Of a stretch of 35,137 nt of DNA, positions 10,961-21,479 are shown one piece after another. The stretch is from contig NC_068987.1 in assembly GCF_001194135.2 (NCBI RefSeq), forward strand, positions 108,439,710 to 108,474,846, given 5' to 3'. The DNA comes from Octopus bimaculoides (lineage: Eukaryota). The first letter of the stretch is position 1. The number at the start of each line of letters is the position of its first letter. The notes under the pieces were generated by a model that was given only the letters and a program-made list of their open reading frames with translations, searched no databases and was not told where the DNA came from. Made by a program: the position numbers and the translations under genes.

Positions 10961-12594
10961 AAATAAAACTTTCAAAACAGATGGCGTCTATTTACTTTCG
11001 AGATGTCCGTGCATATCTTTATTCTCAGAAGGGCAAAGATTGTGCTCGCACATTTTATTTAGTGCTGGATCTCCTGTCCGATATCTTCTATGCAGTAGGA
11101 TTGAACCCATTATCTGTATATTGCTAACGATTATCAACATGAATACTTTTGTACAAATACAAAGAAAAAAAGAAGGAAGAACAAAAAAAATAATAATAAT
11201 TGTTCTTCGAGTATGAACTTGTGTGCTTGGAGAATTTGTTAGCGTTAGGATTCTTTTCCCTGATAGATTTCTCCGTTGAGTTGAACATGATGGTTTCTGT
11301 GAATTACTGACGAAACTGGATATTCAGCTTTTGATGTAGGTGTCAACAACTGATTAGAATCACCGGAACTTTCAGTAGCCCTCGTTAATTTATATTAATT
11401 GACACCTTCACTGACAACCCACATCATTCGTCTGAATTAACCAGTTCTTAAATCCTACACACACATGAACAAACATAAATCCAATACACACATGAACAAA
11501 CATATATATAAATCCTACACACACATCAACAAACATATATATATAAATCCTACACACAAACGAACGAACCTATGTGTATGCGTGTGTGTCTGTGTGTTTA
11601 TGTATATATACATATAAGTGCGTATGTGTTTGATTGTGTATGCATGTTTGTATATATAAGGAGATCATTTGCTCTTCAGGTGAAGTAGATCTTATTTGCA
11701 GTGATTTAATTTATTTTGTTGCTACTCCGAGTTTCTTGGCATATGCTTATTTCAACAATCTCAGAATATTGAAAATTAGGGAAATTAAACTTCATTAGAT
11801 CTCCGAACCAAACAAAGCACAACCATATACTCTGACATTACAAAACATTTAATCCGCGACCTAAATTATTTTCATTCAGGAAATCAATGTCAAATACTAA
11901 TCTCTGATTTCAGCTTAAGGTTATACGTTTTCAGTCATTTGTGTGAAGTTCAGTACTTCCAGAATGAAATCATTAATTGAATTGTAAAGAACAGTAAACG
12001 AGATTGCTTGTGGTTGAGGCTCCAGCAAGGACGCCCATCTTCATTTTTGTACATTCTAATTTATTCATTCATCGTTCTATGTTTTATGTCCACACTTCTA
12101 CTGACTTGTCTGCCCTTGTATCATCGTTCTCTGTGATTTGGGACCTCGTGCCTAATAAAGAATCAGTGAACTTCAGTACTTGAAATCTTCTTTTATTTCT
12201 CGGGTGGAAGGAAGAAGAAAAAAATCATCATCTTCATCGAGAATTGAACTAAAAATCTAAATGGACAAAGGTGAATACTGTAACAGGTTTAAAAGTCAGT
12301 CTACCATTAATCTATCCAATGTTCCGTTGACAAATATTGATTTTCTCACATAATCACAAAACTACTAACTTGGGGATTGGGGTAATATATTATTATATTA
12401 TGATACTTACCCTAGTGTATATCTGGTACTATTTTATCCACATATGAAGAATAACAAGTACAACTAGTTTCGGTGACATTTTGAACTCACTAAATTCTAC
12501 AGCACGTTAAATCTTTCGTTCACTTCTCTAATGACAATTATATTAATTATTAACTTATGCGCAAAATATATTTTTGTGAGTATATTCTCGTTTG

Positions 12595-12760
12595 CACTGA
12601 CCCCAGTCTGCGGCTGGTTGTAATTTTATTCTCCCACGGAAGAATAAATGACAAAGTAAACTTCAAAGGCATTTGGATTTAAACCATAAAGGAATATAGC
12701 TAAACCTCGCAAGATATTTTGTTCACCATTTTACAAATTCTTCCAGTGTTCCGACATTTT
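12595..12760 (-). mobile_element. Very old family A-related SINE fragment (another at about 12370-12500)
   Basis: GACCCCAGT..CTGG..TTTTAT..GGAAGAATAAATGACAAAGT..TTTGGATT pattern, heavily diverged. Confidence 0.5.
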
Positions 12761-12859
12761 TACTACCAGACATTGTCAAATCTTCCTCACATTTCAGAAT
12801 TCTAAATCAAGCTTTTATCAAATTTTGTTAAAACTTCATCGATTATTAAGCATTTCCAT

Positions 12860-13390
12860 TAGGGTGACAAAGTGTTCGAAGCGAATGAATGCCGGATTAA
12901 ATGCCTTTTAGGTATTTAGTTAAGGCCCTTTGCTGTTACAAATCCAAAAGATCTCGAAGCCAATTTGCTTTCACTCATGTAGCATTAAATCAGATGACCA
13001 GATATAATCTTCCCCTATAAGATGTTCGTACTTGTGATGAAGCTAGAAATTTAAAAAGAATTAGTACACTTTAACACGAACTTTGATAGATTCGACAGAA
13101 ATCCGGTTAAGAAGACTTCATAGTAAATGTTTTTACTGTGATAATTCCACCTGTAAGAAGGTCTTCAACATCTCAGCTCACTAAGTTCTGGGAATCTCAT
13201 AAGAGTGAAATTTATTAATATGAAGGCCTGTTAAAAAGATTTGTAATAAGCAGTACCGAGCTCAAATCAATATGAAAGAATGTTTCTAACAATAAGTAGG
13301 CGTACAACCAGCAATGATCTCGCTTCCAGTTCACTTGTATTGCATCAGTTTGAGGCAGCTGTGAACAAGTATCAGCTGAATGAAGCTTAT
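12860..13390 (+). mobile_element. Possible hAT (Charlie/Buster-like) transposase C-terminal relic
   Basis: Broken translation KFWESHKSEIY*..LLKRFVISSTEL, then LTISRRTTSNDLASSSLVLHQFEAAVNKYQ, resembles the hAT dimerization motif (FW...EYP.LA...L.PFSTTYLCE..FS.L.IK.K.RNRL..ENDLR). Weak and by eye only. Confidence 0.33.
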
Positions 13391-13513
13391 GAGTTTGTGA
13401 AAAGAAATAGATGTGAACGATTTCACCTATTTACACAAGATTATAAGTTGCTGGAGATGAGTTAAGATGGTTTGAATGTCACACAGTATATATGTGCTAC
13501 ATATTTGATTGAC

Positions 13514-13882
13514 AGTGGAGGCACAATGGCCCAGTGTTTAAGGCAGCGGACTCGCAGTCGTAGGATTGCGGTTTCGATTCCCAGATCGGGCGTTGTGAAT
13601 GTTTATTAAGCGAAAACACCTAAAGCCCCACGATGATCCGACAGGGGATGGTGGCGAAACCTGCTGTACTCTTTCACCACAACTTTCTCTCACTCTTACT
13701 TCCTGTTTCTGTTCTGCCTGTAATTCAAAGGGTCAGCCTTGTCACACTGTGTCACGCTGAATATCCCAGAGAATTACGTTAAGGGTACACTTGTCTGTGG
13801 AGTGCTCAGCCACTTGCACGTTAATTTCACGAGCAGGCTGTTCCATCCTCGACGTCGTAACCGACGGAGTGCCAACAACAAC
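13514..13882 (+). mobile_element. Family C tRNA-derived SINE (Arg-like TCG anticodon position), full length, 11-bp TSD
   Basis: GTGGAGGCACAATGGCCCAGTG head, B-box GGTTTCGATTCCC, (CAA)n tail; ATTTGATTGAC at 13503-13513 and 13883-13893. Confidence 0.93.
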
Positions 13883-14354
13883 ATTTGATTGACTATAGTA
13901 GAAAGGCATGGAGATAAATGAGACATCTGTCATTTTCTATTAGATCATAAACAGAAGCCACTATATACAGCAAAGCATTAGTTATTACATCCCCACCACC
14001 GGGTTGCTGGTTGTATTGTTGGTTAAACACACTACTTCTATTGACAGACAGTGTTTCATTGATATTGGAAGATTGTAGTCTGGATTTGATCTCAGAACAT
14101 TAAACGAATGCAAATAAACACTAGTTCAAATCTTTCCCGTTTTAACTTATAGTGATAATAAGTACAAATGGTTAGAAAGGTAGTATATTAACAGGAATTT
14201 TTAGGGCGTCTAACTAACGACATTTAGTTTCGATCTTCATGTTTCCGTTCAGTTCCCAGTGAGACTGACTTTGCTTTTCATTCACTCGGGTTCAACTATA
14301 ATAAGTACCAGTCAAAAAACAGGTTGAGATATTTGTCTCTTTATATTAATATTG

Positions 14355-14557
14355 GTTTCACATTTTACCATAAGGTAAGCAATTTTGAGGTAGGGATTAA
14401 GTCGACCGCAGTGTTTAACTGCTAGTTATTTTATCAATGCCGAATGGAGAAAAGGTAAAGACGGTCTCGGCTGAATTTGTGCTTAGAATGTAAAGATGAC
14501 TGAAATGCAGCTAAGCATTTTGCCTGGCCTGCGAACGATCTTGCCAGCACGCGCCGT
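14355..14557 (-). mobile_element. Old family A-related SINE
   Basis: CTAAGCATTTTGCCTGGC...GCCAGCACGCGCC is the reverse complement of the head; central domain recognisable. Confidence 0.75.
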
Positions 14558-14574
14558 TCTCTTTACATGAAAAT

Positions 14575-14770
14575 TGATTTCAAATTTGGGCCTCGACAGA
14601 AAGGGTAAGTCGATTACATCGACCCCAGTGCTTAACTATTTATCTTATCAACTCCGAAAGGATAAAAGCAATGTCGACCTCGGCGGAATTTGAACTTAGA
14701 ACGTAAAGACGGACGAAATGCCACTAAGCATTTTGACTGGCATGCTAACGATTCTTCCAACTCGCTGTCT
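14575..14770 (-). mobile_element. Family A-related SINE, tandem to the previous copy
   Basis: GTCGATTACATCGACCCCAGTG...GTCGACCTCGGCGGAATTTGAAC...CTAAGCATTTT...CAACTCGCTG. Confidence 0.85.
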
Positions 14771-14837
14771 TCTCTTTGAATTAATATTAGAAATCATTCG
14801 AAAAATGCTAGAGTAAAGATAAAAAATACCCGATCAA

Positions 14838-14921
14838 ATATAGATGTTTTCGATCTAGTTTGGCTTCTTTGCAATCAAATTTGATGGCAAAGAATCCAGA
14901 CCAGATCGAAAACATCTATAT
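14838..14921. repeat. 84-nt near-perfect palindrome (two 42-nt arms, 4 mismatches, no spacer)
   Basis: ATATAGATGTTTTCGATCTAGTTTGGCTTCTTTGCAATCAAA followed by TTTGATGGCAAAGAATCCAGACCAGATCGAAAACATCTATAT. Confidence 0.93.
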
Positions 14922-15559
14922 ATAGACTGATGCAAATCCAGTCAGCATTGATTTGGGGAGTTTCTGCACATCATTAATTTATATGCTAATGTATAGTTTT
15001 GTAATTCACTGTAAGGAGTGTCCACTGGAAAAACATTTGATCTTATCTAGTCCATTTTCTTTTAAATTTAGTTTATGACTCAGAGATGATGATCGTTTTG
15101 TAGCACTGTCTTGAGTCAATTAAAACCAAGACAATTCGTCACATATATCGTCATAATATAGGAATGACGTCACATTCTGATGTAGATAGAGCATAATCCT
15201 ATCATCAATTAAATCGTTCCTCGTACGTCACCGCTACACCATATTGCCAAACACTGAAGGATAAAAGGCAAACATACCTTGGCGAGATTTGAACTTTTAA
15301 TTTGAAACGATCATTTATTACAGGAGGAGAGTCATATGGCGAATATACTGTTAGATGTATGTACGTATGTTCTGCTATATGTATGTATATATATATATAA
15401 TACTGGTGTTGTATATATTTCAGTACCCACCAAGGTTGATTTAAGCTTTCACTACTCTGAGGTCAATAAAACAGTTGCTCATAATGCGCTGGAGTTATAT
15501 GCAGTCTACTAAGATTGATTTTTCTGTTTACCATTTCTCATTCTAATTCATGGTCCTGT

Positions 15560-15970
15560 ACTGATGTTAAAAAGCATATTTGAGTATTCCTACCATAAGG
15601 GTGTTTGGTGGATGTATAAAGAAACACTGGTTGCAGCCTGTTCAGTTTCTCATGCCATTCTTTCACTAAAAGTTGTTACTCTTTCTGGCATAAATGTAGA
15701 TGAGAATTTGTGGCATAAAACCAGTTGCAAACCAGAAGGCATTCTTTAAACTATATGCCTTGGCGGATCAAATGGCTTGATCATACGCTGAGAATAGATG
15801 TAGAGCGATGGCCTAGCGCAGCCAAACAATACCTAGCGTTGCACTGTTAAAATCTGACTGAAAGTAATGGACTTCAATTGTGAACTTGGATCAAGACATA
15901 GAGATACATTAAAGATTGATCTGAATGGTATGGGATCGTGGAAGACTGATTTCCCAAAAGGAAGAAAGGA
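15560..15970 (+). mobile_element. RTE-like LINE, decayed 3' end of the RT ORF
   Basis: INVDENLWHKTSCKP (ISNEELW..T..EP), then KWLDHTLRIDVERWPSAAKQY (RWIGHTLR), then TWIKT and KIDLNGMGSW (EKDL..MG.SW), collinear across frameshifts. Confidence 0.5.
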
Positions 15971-16044
15971 ATAAATGCATGAAATATATTCATCTATCAA
16001 TCACATACAAAACTATTATACATGACGTCCCCCAGTAATATTCG

Positions 16045-16220
16045 TTTCAAATCTTGACACAAAGCCAGTAATTTCGAATCAGTGAGTAAGTTGATTACAT
16101 CGACCCGCAGTTTTTCACTAGCACTTACCTTATCGAACACAAAAGAAAGAAAGGCCAAGTCGACATCGGCGGAATTTGAACTCAGAGCGTTATGACGGAC
16201 GAAATGCCGCTAAACATTCC
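16045..16220 (-). mobile_element. Old family A-related SINE
   Basis: AAGTCGACATCGGCGGAATTTGAACTCAGAGCG...GACGAAATGCCGCTAAACATT. Confidence 0.8.
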
Positions 16221-16756
16221 ATTTGTCCCCACCAGTTTTGGCGGTCCTACAAAATGGAAATCGGTGCTGCTTTTTCTTCCTCGACTAAGACAAAATAAAA
16301 TTTTATAAATGATTAAATAAAATACACTTGATACGAACAAAAATTTTCAATTGACACTCCTATGCTATTGGTTACAAGACTAAACATTGACATATGAATC
16401 TGTGGTGTTAAAAAAAAAAAAGTAACTATGGTTGTGCGCAGTCATTTGGTGCAGTAGACAGCGGAAAAATAGTGCACACTAAACATTGAAAGTGTGTGTT
16501 ATTGAATTCTTCATCACAGGTGGCAATTGTTTGATTCTTAATTTATTAGCTTTAGTTTTTTTCTTCTTTTATGCAGATAGGAGTGAATTGTAAACATTCT
16601 GCTGAAGTAACAAGTTGCATGCGCACACATACACATGCATACATATATATACGTATACACACATATACACACATATACACGTGAGCGTGTGTATGTAGGT
16701 ACGAATGTATTTGTTAGTGTACGTATGCGTGTGCGCATGTGTAGTAGTATAGCATT

Positions 16757-16782
16757 AGCAGCAGCAGCAGCAGCAGTAGTAT

Positions 16783-16822
<40 letters not shown>
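16757..16822. repeat. (GCA)n(GTA)n compound trinucleotide repeat
   Basis: Direct reading of the sequence. Confidence 0.95.
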
Positions 16823-16823
<1 letters not shown>

Positions 16824-17219
16824 AACCAATCAGGCAGATATGTGCACAATATATGTGAATACACAAATACAGACCCACACAGGTATACAGAGCCATAGAT
16901 GCGCATACACATACACACGCATATACCATACACACCTACGTATACGTGTGCGTGTGTGTGTATGCGTGTGCACATGTATGTGTCATTGTCGGTATGTGTT
17001 TATACATCCATAGTATTTCTTATATATATATATGTCTGTCTCTCTGATTGCTGTGTTATTGTTAGTGTCATAAAACGCTAGTTGGATGGGGTTGTAAAGA
17101 AAATACGGGGGATTGATTCAGTCACGTATACATGAGTGAATAAATTGAGTTCTTTTGTGTAATAATTATGTGGGTGTATGTCTCAATGTGGGTGTATTGG
17201 TTTTTGTCTTTGTTTTTTT

Positions 17220-17221
<2 letters not shown>

Positions 17222-17298
<77 letters not shown>

Positions 17299-17308
17299 TG
17301 TGTGTGTG
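17222..17308. repeat. (TG)n microsatellite
   Basis: Direct reading of the sequence. Confidence 0.98.
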
Positions 17309-17995
17309 TTTTATGTGTGACTCTAGGTCTGATGGGCAACTAATTTTGTGAATCGTGTAAAGTAGTGTAGTCGCCTCAATCTTTCCCTCATGTTCTAAAT
17401 TGCAATTCTATAGACTTCTAGCCGCTCCAGCTTTATCAACTGTAAATATCTTTAGGATATGATGGCGCCTCAACTTGGAACTCGACCTACAAGAAACAAC
17501 AGCAAAATCTTTCTCAAATCACCATTACAGTCTGAAAACTATAAAAAAGAGAAAGTGACATGCTAGTTTCGACTGGAATGTTTTAGTTCTGTCTGATTTG
17601 GGTTTTAATTACAAGAAATATCTAAAAGTCTGTTTATTTATTTAAATATTTAAATACTTCTACTGAATTCTAGATTGGTTGAATATAACTTATGTAGTAA
17701 TAATTCCAGACCCACACGGTTGCTATATAAGTGCCTTTTGCCGTTTTGTCTCGTCTTTCTTCAAAACGAAGTTACTGGTGAATCTCAAATGTACATGTTC
17801 ACTTTTCTTGGACAGATAACAACTTCTGGCGTTCAAGTTATTTTCCCTTTTTCTATTAAAAAAGAAAAGAAAGAAAATATTTATTTCATAGCGTCTTGTT
17901 CGGAGCATTCACCTCTGAGCTGTTAGCTCGCAAACACTCACCTTCATCACACATTCATCCATAAACACACACACACACACACACACACACCTAAA

Positions 17996-18450
17996 GGCGT
18001 ACGTAGGGTCAGGCTGTATGGTACGAAGCTTGCATCTCAACCACATGGATCGGGGTTCAGTCCCACTCCTGCAGCTGCAGGTCTATTGCCTCAGACCTAT
18101 CAAAACCTTGGGAGTGGATTTAGTAGACGCAAACTGAAAGAAGCCCATGGCATATACATATGTGCGTGTTTGGGTGTGTGTGTGTGTGTGTGTGTTTGTG
18201 CATCTTTGTGTCTGATTTTATTCCACTCCACCGCTTGACAACCGGTATCGGTGTATTTACGTCCTTGTAAGTAGCGGTTCGGCCCAAGAAGTCGATAGAA
18301 TAAGTACAAGCAAAAAAAAAAAATCCCCCCCCCCCCAAAAAAAAAATCAAGTACTATGATCGATTCATTCGACTAAAAATAATTCAAGACGATACCCCAG
18401 CATGGCCGCAGTCTAATGACCGAAACAATATTAAAAAATAAAAGATAAAA
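17996..18450 (+). mobile_element. Family B SINE, diverged, with internal (TG)n and an A/C homopolymer insert
   Basis: GGGTTCAGTCCCACT B-box, AAACTGAAAGAAGCCC, CGCTTGACAACCG, CCAGCATGGCCGCAGTC. Confidence 0.85.
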
Positions 18451-18750
18451 GGAATATATATGTGTTACTGCGCCAGTTACGATTTGTAATTCTATATTTT
18501 ATTAATATTTCGGCAATGATATTTGGTAACATGACGATGAAACGATCGTAGTTTATGCAACAAAGCATACGGCTCAATCCGCTTTCTCTTATTCATAGGC
18601 ATATTTAAACTGGAACTTAAGTGTTCCTCGTTCAGATTTGAAATGTTTGCGTTTCTATAATATCATTAGCTTTTATTCATTCCCTAACTTGATAGGCATA
18701 CAACAACAAGCCAGCTAACACTAAAAACCTCTAGAGAGGCCTCTTTCTCA

Positions 18751-18799
18751 ATGTACCTGAAGACAACCAGACTAGTGGGTCGAAACATATGTTGCACAT
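18751..18799 (+). ncRNA. Decayed minimal type-I hammerhead ribozyme motif (Penelope/retrozyme-like), followed by AATAAA
   Basis: Stem I AUGUAC/GCACAU (1 mismatch), core CUGAAGA, extra C, stem II AACC/GGUC (A-C mismatch at 10.1-11.1), GAAAC, palindromic ACAUAUGU stem III, GUU cleavage triplet; AATAAA at 18800-18805. Confidence 0.55.
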
Positions 18800-18877
18800 A
18801 ATAAATGTCTAATACGAAATCCATCTCCTACTATTAATTAATACTATTACCCTAACTGCCACTGCGGTGTTTAAGTA

Positions 18878-19168
18878 CATAGGTTCTCAAAGTGGACGCT
18901 ACCGCCCTCCGGTAGTCGTTAAGACAATCCAGGTAGAGATAAACGAGGCGTTGGTAGGAAGGCAGTTGATTGGGGGAGGCTATGAATTTATTATAATATT
19001 ATTATATAATATGCAAATTATATAATACATCAAATATCAAATGATTCATAGTATATATAAATTAGTAAAATATAAAATATTTATTTATGCATAAAAATAG
19101 GCTTGGGGCGCCGGGGGTATTATGTGGCCATGAGGTGGGCAGTGGCCCAAGAAGTTTGGGAACCTCTG
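18878..19168. mobile_element. hAT-type MITE (291 bp)
   Basis: Termini CATAGGTTCTCAAAGT and ACTTTGGGAACCTCTG-type right end (reverse complement CAGAGGTTCCCAAACT) match at 13/16; 8-bp flanks TTTAAGTA / CTCAAGTA match at 6/8; AT-rich non-coding interior. Confidence 0.75.
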
Positions 19169-19794
19169 CTCAAGTAGATCCAATGGAAGTGTACCGCAAC
19201 TGCGGATGACAACAGACAGGCTAAACTGTGCCGGTGCTCTATTCAGCATTTAAACACAATAAACGAATTATAATTATTTGACCAAAATATTTATTATATA
19301 TATATGTGTGTATGTATGCATGTATGTATAAATGTATGTATATACAGAGTATATNNNNNNNNNNNNNNTATATATATATATATATATACTCTGTATATAC
19401 ATACATACTCTACCCACCGCATTGAGATTCGAATCAAGTAATGTTGTTTGTACTACGTAAATTACAGTTTTATATTATTTTATATCACTTTCTTACGATA
19501 TGTATGTATGTATGTACGTATGTATATACGTATACATTGATAAGATTTATATTCAAGAGTGTCAGAGGTATTTCTTCTTAATTCATTCTTGACCACATTT
19601 CTATATTTCTATCAAACTACAGTGTTCTTGGTTCAAATAATTTCACAGAAATAATGGAAAACTTAGTGAAGATCAGTAAAAATAATTTTACTCATTAATT
19701 TGTATAAAACTATGGGTGTTCCAAGAATAATTTAACGATAAATTCTTGCATAAAAATAATATTCCAATCGACCTGATAACAATAACATCTATCT

Positions 19795-20392
19795 ACCACT
19801 CTAAGACTGGTGGTGGTGGTGGTTTTTGGCTTTGGTTGCTTTGGGGGTGGGGGGGAAGTGTTAGCTGATGTGTTGGTGATGTTAGTAGCTGTGTTGAAGG
19901 TAGCTGAGGTGGTGGTGCTGCTACTGTTATTGATGGTGTTTGAGTTGGTGATATTGGTAGTATTGTTGGTGGTGGTGGTAGTGCTCATGGTGGTGGTTGG
20001 GTGGTGATGCGGGTGGTACTGGTTGTGGTGTCGGAGGTGAAATACTTATGAAAGCTGATTATTGCTCTACCATTCATCATTTAGATGACGACGACGGTCG
20101 TGGTGGTGGTAGTGGCGATTCATGGTGGTGATAGTGAGGTCAACGACGACGACGACGACGACAATGATGAGGATGAGGATGAAGATGATGATGAACATGA
20201 TGATGATGAAGTTGTGTATGATGGTGTTGGTGGTGGTGATCAGCCTCGTAGTCATAACGGTATAGGTGGTGTTCATGATGATGATGATGATGATGACAGT
20301 GATGATGATGATGATGATGGTGATGATGGTGACGATGATGATGATGATGATGACGACGATGATGATGATGATGAGGAGGAGGAGGATGATTT
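19795..20392. repeat. Degenerate (GGT/GTT/GAT/GAC)n trinucleotide low-complexity tract
   Basis: Direct reading; produces the poly-V, poly-D and poly-M ORFs in several frames. Confidence 0.92.
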
Positions 20393-20964
20393 GTTTGGTA
20401 CTACTTCAAGTCTGTTGCTGTGGAACCAAATTTCTCTGTGATTTATTTATGTAGAATAAGAATAAATGGTTCTGCAGCATTGTCTGGACAATGTCAGGAA
20501 TATCTTTGTGTAGCGGTATCGTGTACGAGACAGTAGTACAGTGGTATCCCGGCAACGTGGAATAGTGAGCAGGTATACGTTTAGACAGGGTAACAAGATT
20601 AATCATCATAGTACCCTATTCGACAAAAATCGTAGTTTTAATGTTTGCCATTTTTATTCGACACACGATCGTAAGGTCTTGAGTTCGATACCCGGAGGCG
20701 TGTTATGTGCTTGGGCAACACACTTTATTTCACGTTGCTCTAGTCTATTCAGCTAGCAAAAAATGAATAGGACATGTAATTCAAAAGAGCCAGGCTTGAC
20801 GTGTTCTGTGTCGCGTTGAATCTTCCTGAGAACTAGGTTATTAAGTGTACGCGTGTCTGCGGAGTACTCAGCCTCTTGCACGTTAATTTAACGAACAGGC
20901 TATTCCGTGCATTATTTACATTATTTACATTTGACGGATATTTGTACTCATCTTGTTTATTGTT

Positions 20965-21010
20965 AACACAACGTTTCGGTTGATATACCCTCCAGCCTTC
21001 ATCAGGTGTC
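20965..21010 (-). ncRNA. Minimal type-I hammerhead ribozyme motif
   Basis: GACAC CUGAUGA A GGCUG GAGGGUAUAU CAACC GAAAC GUU GUGUU: stem I 5 bp, complete core, one extra A after A9, stem II with one C-A mismatch, palindromic ACGU stem III; predicted cleavage between 20970 and 20969. Confidence 0.72.
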
Positions 21011-21062
21011 TTGGGGAAATTTCGAACCTGGGTTCTCATTCCTAAGGTACATTTCGATATTA

Positions 21063-21315
21063 TTACTCTCTTACTCTTTACTCACTCTTTTACTTGTTTC
21101 AGTCATTTGACTTTGGCCATGCTGGAGCACCACCTTTAGTTGAGCAAATCGACCCCAGAACTTATTCTTTGTAAGCCTAGTACTTATTCTATCTTATTTT
21201 GCCGAACCGGTAGATTACAGGGACGTAAACACACCAGCATCAGTTGTCAAGCGATGTTGGGGGACAGTCACAGACACAAACATATACACACACACCACAC
21301 ACACACACACACACT

Positions 21316-21355
<40 letters not shown>

Positions 21356-21479
21356 CATATACATATATACGACGGGCTTCTTTCAGTTTCCGTCTACCAA
21401 AACTACTTACAAAGCTTTGGTCGGCCCGAGGTTATAGTAGAAGACACTTACCCAAGGTGCCACGCAATGGGACTGAACC
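21063..21479 (-). mobile_element. Family B SINE body and tail, lacking its own head, inside family E
   Basis: TTACTCTTTACTC..TTGTTTCAGTCATTTGAC...GGGCTTCTTTCAGTTTCCGTCTACC...CCCAAGGTGCCACGCAATGGGACTGAACC. Confidence 0.9.

Noticed and set aside
11365-11387. Minus-strand TAACGAGGGCTACTGAAAGTTCC resembling a mariner terminal repeat
   Set aside because: Only about 22 nt, with no partner end or transposase sequence nearby.
20085-20441. 118-aa Asp-rich ORF reminiscent of acidic biomineralisation proteins
   Set aside because: It is a (GAT/GAC/GGT)n tract, open in other frames and on the other strand, with no signal peptide or splice context.
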